DNA of 63,037 bases, filler included, from Asterionella formosa (lineage: Eukaryota): assembly GCA_002256025.1 (NCBI GenBank). It is 8 parts of 8 records of this genome, joined end to end, with 100 filler letters (N's around TTAATTAATTAA, not from the genome) between each part and the next. Parts side by side here need not be neighbours in the genome. Positions count along the whole stretch, not along the records: positions 44,094 to 52,792 come from NKIB01011794.1; positions 52,893 to 61,590 come from NKIB01011805.1; 6 more parts are not named here. The stretch is one strand, 5' to 3'. Shown piece by piece: positions 49,371 through 61,229 of the stretch. The notes beneath the pieces were generated by a model that saw only the letters and a list, made by a program, of their open reading frames with translations, ran no database searches and had not been told where the DNA came from. A program made the position numbers and the translations under genes. The first letter of the stretch is position 1. Every line of letters begins with the position of its first letter.

Positions 49371-50519
49371 AATATGTCAATTGAATAAGCAATTGCTGAT
49401 TGTTGTAGTGTGATGGTAAACATTACATAAATACATGTATCTATGTATTTATACATAGAATATTCTCTATGATAATAATTATTATAAATATTAGAAGATA
49501 TATTGAAATTATATGATCATATCATTGCCATTATGTAATGGGCCTAACACGAATAAAATGATTCTATTTGCAGACATTTCTTCATTTACAAACACAGCTA
49601 ATATGTCTTAGTTTAGTGCAGTGTTAAAGATGTAATAGATATGTTAAATCTAAGAAAAGAATGTATATATATGATAATTTTTGGATCAAAACTATGATCA
49701 AGGTATCCTATAACTGTGATGATTTATTAATATTTTACTGACCTTGAAGTATAATGATAATAAGAACATTATCATCACACAATGTATATCAACTGATCAA
49801 CAAAATTACTCATCAACATCATAAACCTTCTCATATTATTTTCAATTCTCGTGATTGCCCGATGTAAATTATTATTACAACACATCCTAAAATAAGCTCA
49901 ACTCCATGCTATGATCTAAATTGTTTCATCGTAAATCTATCGTATAAACATCATCATAATTCTAATCACAAGCATTGTTCAAAATAGACTGAATTGGATT
50001 GTAATTCAAAAAATCAAATTTAGCAATGCTATCTATTATTCTACATGCCAGCGACCCAACGTTTCTCTCTCTACTCGGCTCAATGTATATTGTTCCTGTC
50101 TCGCCCTTTTCTTCCTCTTTTCTGAATCTTGTGCCAAGCAATGCCTTACTAATGTTGCGTCTCTCTCGCTCCTTTTAGTTTCATTCTGAACTTGCCGACT
50201 ATTCCGTTGTTTGATTGGTTTTATTGTCCTATGCAGTTACAGTAACAATGAGAAGGAACGACTTGTTAGCTAGACATGTTACACTGACACAACATCACGC
50301 CATTCCATCGTATCCTCTTGCTTGCTTCACTTACCACAGCCAAATCAAAGCAAGTGATGCATAAGTCTGTAATAGTAAATTGTCAGTAAATTAATAGTAA
50401 ATTGTCAGTAAATTCTTGAATAAGTAAGTTTCAGGTTTTCAATGTTGCCGAAAAAAACTTACCGATTCATTTTCGTTAGCTTAACGTTGAGAGAAGGTAA
50501 AGTGGCGAGTCTGTCAGTT

Positions 50520-50775
50520 ATGTTCCATCAGAAGTGAATAAGTCCAACAACGAGAGCACTTACCAATTTTGTTTTGTTTTATTTTACATTGGTGCTCCCC
50601 AACAAGCGAAACGAGCTGTTGAATCAACTGAGAAAAAAGGAAATGTGTGTTTAGTTTACAATTAATTGTTGTCCTACCTCCCAATGGCTGATTGTCATCC
50701 AAGTACCACATTGATGGCTTCATAACCTTAAACATACTCCATCCTTCGAAGGCGCAATGTGTCGAAGCCACAATG
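50520..50775 (+). repeat. Dispersed ~250-bp repeat, copy 2
   Basis: Matches 8850-9105. Confidence 0.85.
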
Positions 50776-51329
50776 TTTTTCGTTATTGCGTAAACTTTCC
50801 TTTCTTGTCATGTGCTTTACTACAATATTTCTTTTCATGATGCAGGCATTGTTTGTTAACATGACAGAATGATTTCAAATGTATTTGCCAGGTATATAGT
50901 TATAAAATTTGTAAATATATAAATATATCAAGTGTCGTAGATTTATGAAAATCAAAGGCACTCTCAATATGGAACATCTGGTATTGTTGAGATGATCATA
51001 TTCGCATATACATAATTCAAAAATATTCAATGCACGATATGTCAAATGTTTTACATGACTTCGTGTACCGGTACAGTTTCTGAAATTTGCTTGCATCAAT
51101 ATTTTCTACGGCCGTTGGAACTAATTATTTAGACCATTCAATTGGTGTACTAAGTCATTACCCATTTGTATCATTATTTATACGCGAGAATTTTGGTAGC
51201 AAATTGTTTAAGCCCTTTTTTGGGCGGGAGTTCTTCATGTTTACCGGTACATCATACAACAATAACATTTTATCATATATATACAGAGTACCAGTAGCAG
51301 GTAGGAAGTGATATACTGGGGGTACCAGG

Positions 51330-51800
51330 TAGTCAGAGTACCAGGTAGTAAGCAAGCAACAGAACACCATATGTTCACGACTGTTGCTACTGCAGTGTGA
51401 CAGCAAATCATCATAGTTTTAGGATCGTATGATCATAAAATTGAAAAAGGATAGTCAGAGTAGTAAGCAAGCAACAGAGCACCATATGTTCATGACTGCT
51501 GCTACTGCAGCGGGACATTAAATCATCATATTTTTAGGATTGTATGATCATAAAATTGAAAAAGAATAGTCGGAGAAGTAAGCAAGCAATAGAACACCAT
51601 ATGTTCATGACTGTTGCTACTACAGCGTGACAGTAAATCATCATAGTTTTAGGATTGTACGATCGTAAAATTGAAAGATAGTAGTCAGAGTAATAAGCAA
51701 GCAACAGAACACCATATGTTCATGACTGCTGCTACTGCAGCGGGACAGTAAAGCATCATATTTTTAGAATTGTATAGTCGTATAATTGTAATTGAAAACA
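51330..51800 (+). repeat. 115-bp tandem repeat x4 with ABAB higher-order structure
   Basis: AAGCAAGCAA anchors at 51350, 51465, 51580 and 51695. Confidence 0.92.
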
Positions 51801-52792
51801 AGATATGCTATTACTCAAACTTGGTTCTGATTTTGTATATGATAATGTAAATAGCACTGTTGGTTTTATGGTATCAGCATATCTAGACAGCGTAAAATAT
51901 TATTTGTAGTGGCTGATGATTCATTTCATTGTAGCTTGCAACACCTGATTTTAAGATCATCGAACTTTAAGCAAGACAACGACAACAGTTATCTAGTAGC
52001 TAGTACAAGCAATGTCTTCAAAAAACCATAAAGAGGTTCATGGAAACAAGCGAAATGTGGCAAATACTGCCGGTATGGAACAAAGAAGCAAGTACCAAAA
52101 TCCAAAATGAGTTAACAAAGAAAAAGCGAATAGGCGATTATCCAAAGGAACCCAATCGGCGACAGGGATTTAGGGGGGGGGGGGGTGGAACCCCCTGTGT
52201 GTTGGGGATACCATTAATAACTTTTGGATGCAGATGGACGACATGGTACCATATCATAAATTTTCTAATCGCACGGACTAACAAGTACATGACAAACTGA
52301 GGGAAGAACATTTTGCGCTTGCCAAAGGATATTATCAATTGGTCAATGAACTCAATCACTACAAAGGTAGTAATTCGGTTCAAAACTCGTCCAGACGAGG
52401 TTATCAAGAATCTTCAATTTCAGCAGCCTTATCAGAACGTCGTTCCCGCTTAGCTAAAATTGATCCATCAATTGTAACAAAGGTTGTGAGTTTTATTTTC
52501 AAGACCAAGAAGTTTTGCTGTGAACATGTAAGTATGAGGTTATAGTTCGCGAATTGCAGGTACTGTAAAAAAGAATATCAATCTAATGTGCTTTTTTCTG
52601 GTCCCAAAAGGGAAGCCAAGGATACCAAGTCTGGCGTGATGTTCTTGCTCCAGTGTATTTTATAGGCAGGACAAGCCATGGAGAACCATTTTTAACAGGA
52701 AACAAATCTGGTGGGTGTGACCAAATTTCAACTAAGTCTTCGGGCACAATGTGAATTGCAATCACGTTTTGTTGGTTCGCTGATCAATGCCA

Positions 52793-52892
52793 NNNNNNNN
52801 NNNNNNNNNNNNNNNNNNNNNNNNNNNNNNNNNNNNTTAATTAATTAANNNNNNNNNNNNNNNNNNNNNNNNNNNNNNNNNNNNNNNNNNNN
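52793..52892. other. Artificial contig-join spacer
   Basis: 100 bases: Ns around TTAATTAATTAA. Confidence 0.97.
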
Positions 52893-53621
52893 CGTTGTCC
52901 TGCAGCTTGTTGCTGTCGCTGGGAAATCTGAGCTTGCATCTGCTGTTGCAAGCGTTGCATTTCTTGCAGCTTCTGGAGTTGAGATGAGTTCATGGCACCT
53001 CCTTGCGTTGCTTGTAAGCTTACCCTCGTGCGATTTCCTGATCAAAGTATTGGAGAGTGACAATGATAAACCGAAAGTGTTGTCCGAACGACAGCAATCA
53101 AGTTTGATTGCCTTTCGCCACTTGCAGCTAGGTATTCGTGAAAAGCAAATACTTCAACTGTGTTCCAGTAATGAAAAAATGCCGTACATATATGTAGGGC
53201 CTGGTATGTGTTACAAATATTAGTCTGGCCTGAAAGAAAAGCGAGGGGTACCAGGGTCCCCAAAGCAATTGTGCTTGCTTCGAAAACAAGACAGGCATTA
53301 TCTATTACTATACAAACAAGGAAGGATTGACTTAACTGCAAAATCACGTAGAGCTTGTACCATCATATTTTCATTTGGCCCGTTGACCATCGAAGAAGAA
53401 GCGATTCGACTTTCTGTGGAGCAGAAATGAACATATTCATGTGTGAATATACTCCTAATCAATGTATTACAAGTTGAATTCACTACCAGTACCGGTACCG
53501 GTACCGTTACCAGTGCTGTACCCGTAGCTAGCAACCAGCACTACGAAATGCTCCGTACAAGGTGCCCGGGTACCTCTACTGTAGGGTACTAGGGGTACCA
53601 GTACCGGGGGGGTACAAGGGA

Positions 53622-53716
53622 CCAGGAAGTTGCGGTCATTTAGCTTAAACAAACAATTTAATATCGTTTAAAGATAACTAAATATTTGCTCAGCACAATT
53701 ACCGGAACTTGCAAGG
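53622..53716. mobile_element. 96-bp MITE family, copy 2 (diverged)
   Basis: CCAGGAAGTTGCGGTCATTTAGCT...AGCACAATTACCGGAACTTGCAAGG. Confidence 0.75.
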
Positions 53717-53733
53717 TGCCAGATACCACCAGG

Positions 53734-54898
53734 TGAGCGATCTCGCGCATCAATACAGATGTATATAGGGTTAGTGATATATCATATATACCGGTATATG
53801 AACTGAGTAATGAGAGAACTCGACTAACCGGCATGACAAAATTAAATGCTGCAATTGCTACACAGTTTTTATCATCCTACATTAAAATCAAGAGGGGAAC
53901 ATATTGTAATCATATGTGAAGCATGTCAAAACGTACAAAATTACCGGGTGCTGGTTTTGGTGAATTTCCACCAAGGAATGCAGCCATTGTTATTCCAATG
54001 GTCAGAAGTCACAGTGGATTTAATTGGTCCATAGAAGATAACAGTGGCTGCACAAGCAATTGGATTTTGTGCTCTGACTTCAGTTAACACAGTCACAAAT
54101 TTACCAGACATTTCATGTATCAATAAAAAGACATCAGAATATATTGCGATGAAATTTGAAAATGATTGGGCCTGGCTGGTTAGACAGGTATCTACTTCCA
54201 GAACATTGTATACATGACAATGGAGGTGAATTTACTGGAATTCCTTTCATACACATGTTAGTGTTGAATGGAATTAAAATATCAGTCAAGACTCCACAAG
54301 AAAAGAATGCTATCTGTGAACGTTTACATCAATCTATCAGTAACAGTCTACAAGTTATCATGTTAAAGGCTCATCCTCCAATCAAGGAATTTCAAGTTCA
54401 GAATATCGTGGATACATGTTTTGCAGCTGAATCATATGCTGCTCGAGCTACTATTTATAGTACATGGCGTATTTCACCAGGGAATATGGCTGGGTTTTCC
54501 AACATGATATGATATTAAATATTCCGTTGATTACAGATTTGCAATTAATATTGGAATATCAATGTCAACAAGTGATAATTGAAAAATGTCGACATCGGGC
54601 TAATTTCCATCATCGTTCTTGTGATTACAAAGTTTGTGACGAGATTTTAATCCAATTGGAAAATCCTACCACCTTGGATGACCGTGGACAAGGTCCTTAT
54701 TCTATTATTCAAGTATATGCCAATGGTACAGTTACTTTTCAACAAACCATGCATATTACGAAACGAATTAATATTCATTGCATCAAACTAACCCTTATTG
54801 TATACTTTGGTGTCGACTTCGAGAACAAGTTGTACTCAAGGATTAACTAATAAGCTTTTATATTCAACAAATACAACTACTTCTAGTTAGGTACTTCA
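53734..54898 (+). mobile_element. Gypsy derivative: LTR 5' half, integrase pseudogene, LTR 3' half, with CCAGG target duplication
   Basis: CCAGG|TGAGCGATC...GTACTTCA|CCAGG. The internal 53830-54786 encodes a broken integrase (CEACQ, VTVDLIGP, HDNGGEF, NAICERLHQ, GPY) homologous to 21483-22460. Confidence 0.88.
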
Positions 54899-56617
54899 CC
54901 AGGTACCAGTACCAGGTAGACCACCTGTTACAGACACACTTCATGTACCACCAGCGAGTACTCGTACCAGGTACCAGTACCTTGACCAGTACCTGGAACT
55001 GGTACTCCGCATGCCTGCTACCGTAGTACATGGGCCGCTATTAGGAATCTTGACACTCAGAATTGAGAATAGGGGGAAGCCCCCAATCGCAGTAAGATTA
55101 GGGAAACTGGTTTTTTCAGAAAGTCTTTCTTTAAAATTTGATTTTGATAAAATTGAAATTATTGGGCCAGTGCGAAACCGTTAGAAATTTCTAAATGTCG
55201 AGGTACTATTACCATGGCTGGAAGTCTAATTTGAGTGCCTGCTGGCGCCGCATTTCTGTTTTGGCAAATGACTGCAACTTGCTGGTACCCGGTTCTATAC
55301 CGGCACTGCAATGACATGGCTGCGCCTGTCATTCCACTTGTTCTCAAGACACTTTGATTGCCCAATTCGTATTAAAACATGGAGCACTTCAAATGTACAA
55401 ATTTGATGGTGATTTAGATGATTGTTTTTGGTGCTAGGAAGCTTACAAGTCGCAGCATTAGTAGGGGAGCATTGACCACTTTGGAAGGCGGCAGATCATG
55501 CTGGTGCTGTAGGAGGGCAAGAACCCGCCCATTTTTCTTGCATCGCTCTTACCACTACTATGCAAGACCAGCATGTGGGACCGTTCTTAGCCAAGTATAG
55601 TCAAGTTATATAGACATAAATATATTTGTAAACATTTGACCTACTAAATTAAACGACACCTCCTCTCCACGTGTGTTAAATCAATTTTACTTGTGTTTCA
55701 TGGTTGGCTGCAGCAGGCAATTACTTTTGTATCAGCATGCACATCTGACCACTGACCACAATAAAATCTTGAATATTGAAATACATCATTTTGTTAACAT
55801 TTTTATGTTTTAAAGTTCAGACAAATCAAAGTAATTTTGGGTTATGCTATGAGGCTTTGCCCTGTGGCTTTGCCCTGTTAATAAACAAGTTTCGTTGAAC
55901 AACACGTTTCAACCATTGTTTGATGACCAATAATCAACAAAGTTAGGTGTCAAGATATCATGAGAAAGTTTCTTGTCCTTTTAAGTATCATTGTGTTGCC
56001 AGGCATGAATTCCTCCTCCAAACTGTCATTTCGGCATATTAACAGCAATAACTAGCAAGCAAATATTTATATAGTAATCATGTTCATAGTGCACTGGTAC
56101 TAGCATATTTCTAGTTTTGTCGTCAATGCCTTGTCCATGGCCCAGATAAAGTGTGGCCACGGAGACAGGCATGAAATGTAGTAGCATATCACCTGGTACA
56201 GTAATGAAGCTTTTTGTATTTTGCTGCTGAGAATTGGAATTATTCTTGAATACTGCAGCAGTAATCCCAATTAACTGATTTTCGATTTACTGTGGGCAGA
56301 TATGACTGTTAACCTAGATTATTAGTCCCAACTTGATCGAGGGAGTATTTGAGGTGTTCAGGCCACTAATTGATGTGACCAGAAAGCAAATCCTGCCTTT
56401 CTTTTCACCATAATAAATCAGGTTCCTTTCCCAATATACAGAAGGAATTTAAATGATTTGAAGAACAATTTCACTGCATGCTATGCACTTTGAGGTCAGC
56501 AGATCCTAGAAATTGAAGGCTTGGATAATTGCATGTATATGGAATCTGAGCCCTTGATGTGCCCATTGACTCAACCAAAATCCCCTGTTAGATGGCCTGG
56601 ACCATTCGACAGCATCC

Positions 56618-56820
56618 AAAAATCTGGTGCGAAGCTGGCATCTATGGAAAAGTCGACCACTAAAGGTTCAGAATTACTATTATCTCTTGCCATCAACATT
56701 TTCTGTCTTCCAACGCGAAAATCTGGTGCGATGTTGGCATCAAAGGAAAAAGTCGGCCTCTAAAGGTTTAGAATTACTGTTCTTTCTTGCCGTCAACATA
56801 TTCTGCCTGCCAACGCAAAA
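56618..56820. repeat. ~100-bp tandem duplication spanning the phosphatase stop codon
   Basis: AATCTGGTGCGA...TAAAGGTTYAGAATTACT...CCAACGC occurs twice. Confidence 0.8.
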
Positions 56821-57616
56821 GTGCTCTTTTCATGAGACCGTTTAGCTTGCAGACAGACCTTTTCGGTTTGATTCCTTGCTCAAAAGCTTCTTGCCATGTT
56901 TTATACAAGCCAGCCTTGACCAAGCAGGCACACATTACAGTTGTACTCCGACCACGACCATGAGCACAATGAACAATGACATCCCCCTTCTTTCGAGCTT
57001 CAACGGCAAATGTAGCACACTCTTCCAACTGAGCCGGAGTTGCAGGGACTCCATCCCAGGTCGGGCAAGACAAATACAATTGTGATCGGTCAATGCATCG
57101 CTCAGGAAATTCTACAGTTAAATCAATAATGCCGCCCCAATCTCTGTCGAGATCATTGGCATAACAGCCTCCAACCCACCAACCCGGCTGGACCTCGGAA
57201 GCAACTGGAACCCTCACACTCTTGGTTCTGCCGTCATCTGTCTTGACCTTGGTATTCCCTTGCAATGTATGCACATATGTGTATAGTATTGTGGGCAAGT
57301 GAAAGGGAAAATAAAGGAAGTACGACCAAATTGGGATTTGCCCAGTCTTTCTATTCTTTCCGATCATACCCATACCCCATTCCAGCTTGAATAAGATTGC
57401 GATCAAGCCGTTCAGAGCTGCTGAATATCCTAAAATAGCAGCAGGAATGAGGCGAGTGAACGGCCTGACTGTAGATCCAGTCATTTCCGCCAATGACCGA
57501 GCCGCTTGACTGACAACCTCATTTGAGCCAGATTCTCCAACGAAGAACGAATAACCTGCATACGATAATGCCGATAGGCCCACATACTTAAGATAAACAC
57601 CGTGAACAGCCCCCAT
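56774..57616 (-). CDS. Membrane-associated dual-specificity phosphatase (CX5R), YnbD-like architecture
   Basis: VIVHCAHGRGRSTTVMCACL P-loop, IIDLTVEF and PTWDG (general-acid loop), with N-terminal hydrophobic segments. ATG at 57616. Confidence 0.87.
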   Translation of the reverse strand: MGAVHGVYLKYVGLSALSYAGYSFFVGESGSNEVVSQAARSLAEMTGSTVRPFTRLIPAAILGYSAALNGLIAILFKLEWGMGMIGKNRKTGQIPIWSYFLYFPFHLPTILYTYVHTLQGNTKVKTDDGRTKSVRVPVASEVQPGWWVGGCYANDLDRDWGGIIDLTVEFPERCIDRSQLYLSCPTWDGVPATPAQLEECATFAVEARKKGDVIVHCAHGRGRSTTVMCACLVKAGLYKTWQEAFEQGIKPKRSVCKLNGLMKRALLRWQAEYVDGKKEQ

Positions 57617-60011
57617 CTTCAAAGGCTAACGCCAAACAGAATGGATTTGGGTAACTAGGTTGGATAATCACACACCCAGAGCATTGAAATAGAAGGGTAC
57701 TGGTCTGTTTGTATAGTTCCTGGTACCTGGTACCAGCTGCGTTTATGATTACCTACATGAACATATAAAATACAAAGTCTTCAAACTTCAACGCTTTCGA
57801 GTTGGCACGCCATCACTTTTGCTCCATTCTGTGCATACGATCACTTTGGCAGATATGGCCAAATGTTTTGATTTGGCAGATAAAGTATTATTTGTTTACC
57901 AGTGTTTATTTAGCCAAGTATAAAGGCGAGTTTAAAAGAGACTACTGCAGTACTTTTGGTTGACAGCACCGAATATACCGGTATACCGGTACCTGGTAGT
58001 ATACAGTAGTACCTGGTTCTCACGCATGAGGCGAAATCAGGTATTTTTAATTGATCGAAAATGCGGAAAATGTTTGAATTTCACTATGATAAATCTTGTG
58101 TTGTCAAAATGACGATGGCGATCACCAATTTCTTCCTGGATAATAATAATTCATAATCACTTTTTTGGATATGCTCAATCATATTATTGTCTAGGAAGTG
58201 AGCAACTGTAATGGCTCGAAGACAACTTGTGTGTAGTGAAATCCATAATTTGATACATTCACATCCTTGACTCAATTGGTACCAGTCCCGGCTCCTGTCT
58301 CTGCTGACGCTTCTTCACCAGCTGCTTCGCCAGGGTTGTATGGCTAAGTAGCCTTCATGACTTGAATTAGGTCAGCCATGCCATAAATAAATAAAAACCA
58401 AGGCGCCAGGAGAAAACCTATCCAGCCGCTTTGCCCGCCTGCCCCATCGATGTGGGGTGCTTGGGGGGCATCATGGGAGGATTCGAACTCCTCCCACCAG
58501 TTCACGTGTTCAGGAATGTTTTTGAGGCACCCCGTCCTCCAGTCATGTCCCAGTGTCCGGCGGGGTTCAAAGCACGAAAATCCAGTACGGAAATGTCTAG
58601 TACCGTCAATGATATACCGGTATTTATTTTAGCATAGAACAAATATTGCTTTGCCTTGCTGGTAGTCTAGTATCTAGCTACCGTATCAGTGCATAGTCTA
58701 ATCATTGTTTCATCATACATGCTGGTAGTAGCCAACATGGTGCAAAGAGTCGCTTTGCTCATGAGCATATGATGCCCTACCTGGTATTTATGTGTCCCTG
58801 GTACCTGGCTACCTGGGACGTTGCAGTACAGGGTAGCCCTGAGACTCCGAGTGCATACCAGTATATATAAATAAAGACTTCTTTGTATGGGGCATGGAGC
58901 AGCAGCCATGGAGAATGCATGAAAGAACCAAAATGGAATGGATATGACATGGTACTGTTCTTACATAAAGACTACAAATTTTTGTTAGTTGCCAATACCT
59001 GTATTAATAACTAAAACACTCTGCTATGAATTTGTCACGTCCTGTAAATGGTGTGAAGTAGGAACTGTTCCACTTAGTATCAGAAACTCCTGGGTTCTTT
59101 TCTATCCACCATAGCAATTCATCAGCTTTAAGAGAACCCTTGAGAATACGAATGGACCTGTTGATCCCTAATTGAAAATTCCTAGCAAGCAATTCTGCAA
59201 CCAGATTCTCCATGTGATTTGGAGTTGTCACTTTCTTCTTTACATCAATAAAGCGAACCACCATGCCTGTGATTAATGCACCTCTAATCCTACCACGTCT
59301 GCAAATAAAAACCTATCATATTTCCATGATGCATTATAGGATTGTGATCATCTGATCATAATTTTTCGTTATATCATCTAATAATTTTGATAAATGCCCT
59401 TGTAATTTAAATAATAACCCTTCTGACTACATATATCTAATTATTACATGTATTGTTTCTATTAGATTCCTGTATTCGAATTTCTTGGTAGGATAATGTA
59501 CCAGTTCAAGTAATGTAATTTGGCTCGTCATTTCCATCCGTCATCACTCTGATTTTTGCAACAACAACGAAATTCTAGCGATGACTAGTGGAATGATTGT
59601 TTGCGATAACGACGTCTTCAATTGTTGGTCATGTGATCATTATATCTTTGAGTAATCGTCATGTGCAGTGAACCTTTGTTCATAATCATACAATTAAGAG
59701 TTTACAGGAGAGAAGAAATCATTCGAACTCGTAATGGTTCCGCACACAGTGTACATTGTGAATCCGTTTCGTCGACCACCAGCATTACAATCTCGCCAAT
59801 CAACCCGTAAACAAACACATTCTACTTGTTCTCGTTGACATTTTCAATTCTCACATGATACTACATCTACTATTGAGATTCAGCATAGAAGGAAATACGA
59901 AAATGTAACAGACTACTGTCCACATAGCTATAGTTATAGAATGATTCTGATTACAATTTCTTTTTCATGTCGCTCGTTTCTGCATTTGGCATGCTGTACT
60001 TGTATTTAATA

Positions 60012-60435
60012 TTGAACTTGTCCGCATCTTTGATACCATCAAGAGAGCGAAAGCAAGTGGCTCTCTTCATTGTTGTTTGCTCGTAGGAAATATTTGATAT
60101 CCATATCGTCATTTGTTTGTTGGAACTGTCCGTTGCCTCAAACCTGCTTGGCGTGTGTGTACACACACTGCCGACTTGTTTTCATTGGTAGCTATGTTGT
60201 TCTTGTATTCACTGTTGAACTTTTCCGCATCTTTGTTACCATCAATAGAGCGAGCGACAAGTGGGTCTCTTCATTGTTGTTTGCTCCTGGAACAGTCGGT
60301 GTCCGTGTATCAATAGAGGGACAAGTGTCCTTCATCATTGCGGTTTGCCGCTGGAAAAATTGGTACCTGTGGTATCGTCATTTGCTCGTTGGAACCACTG
60401 TCTGTTGCCTCAAACCTGATTAGCGTGTGTGTATG
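60012..60435 (+). repeat. Diverged ~200-bp local duplication
   Basis: TTGAACTT.TCCGCATCTTTG.TACCATCAA...GTTGCCTCAAACCTG.TT.GCGTGTGTGTA occurs twice. Confidence 0.75.
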
Positions 60436-60899
60436 AAGGATTTAATTTTAGAGGCTGCTTATGTTAAGTATACTTCAATTAGTCATTTTAGCTATTATTT
60501 AGGATCTATTGGTGCATTCTTGACATCATTTTATTCTAAACGACTAATTTATTTAACTTTTATATCCAAGCCTAATGGAAATAAGTCTGTAATAATTTTT
60601 GCTCCTGTTTCTTCTTATAAAATTTGTCTTACACTTTTTTAAGCTGAAAGCTCCATTTAGCGATATACATTTGTTTTTTACTCTTAGAAGTTTGTGATTG
60701 AGTACTCTGACTCAATATTCTGGTTTTAACCCTACCTCTAAACCAGGGTTGAAATGCATGATCCTTTAGTGGTACAGCACCCTCGTATCCTGGTACCGGA
60801 AACAGATACCAGGGTTCCAGGTACCACACCACCCTACCGGTATGATGTATGGAGGAATAAACATAGAATTCCACGTGCCGATGAGGAGGAACATAAGTA

Positions 60900-60994
60900 C
60901 CAGCAAGTTACGGTCATTTTGCTTAAACTAACATTTTAATCTGGGATAAAGAAAGCTAAATCTTTCGTTTGAGCAAAATTACCGCAACTTGCAG
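60900..60994. mobile_element. 96-bp MITE family, copy 3
   Basis: TA|CCAGCAAGTTACGGTCATTTTGCT...AGCAAAATTACCGCAACTTGCAG|TA. Confidence 0.82.
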
Positions 60995-61046
60995 TAAGTA
61001 CAAGTGAATGAGCAGTGCGAACTGTCAACGTCACTGGTGAGTTTTC

Positions 61047-61210
61047 ATTGGTTGAGTGATTTCAAACGGTTTCCCGCGCTTTGTCGCGATACACACGTAA
61101 AATTTCTCGCTGAAGGGCGATTGTTGTCGTTTGTTTGCCAAATCAGCCCGTTCTGAACAGTCATTCATGTCACATAATAAAACAGGTCCGCTTTCCAACT
61201 AAGGCCGTTG
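61047..61210 (+). promoter_or_regulatory. Candidate cell-cycle promoter module of the Aurora kinase
   Basis: Reverse CCAAT 61047-51, reverse CHR (TTTGAA) 61061-66, MSA/Myb core AACGG 61065-69, E2F TTTCCCGC 61070-77, E2F-like 61103-10, and reverse AACGG at 61148 and 61205. Confidence 0.55.
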
Positions 61211-61229
61211 ATACATTCGGATCAATAAG

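Noticed and set aside
51330..51800. CRISPR-like array
   Set aside because: Whole units repeat with no unique spacers, there are no cas genes, and the context is eukaryotic. The same applies to 19800-19965 and 37460-37760.
58285..58325. Hammerhead-like CTGGTGAAG...GAGAC on the minus strand
   Set aside because: The core deviates from CTGATGA/GAAA and the stems do not form.
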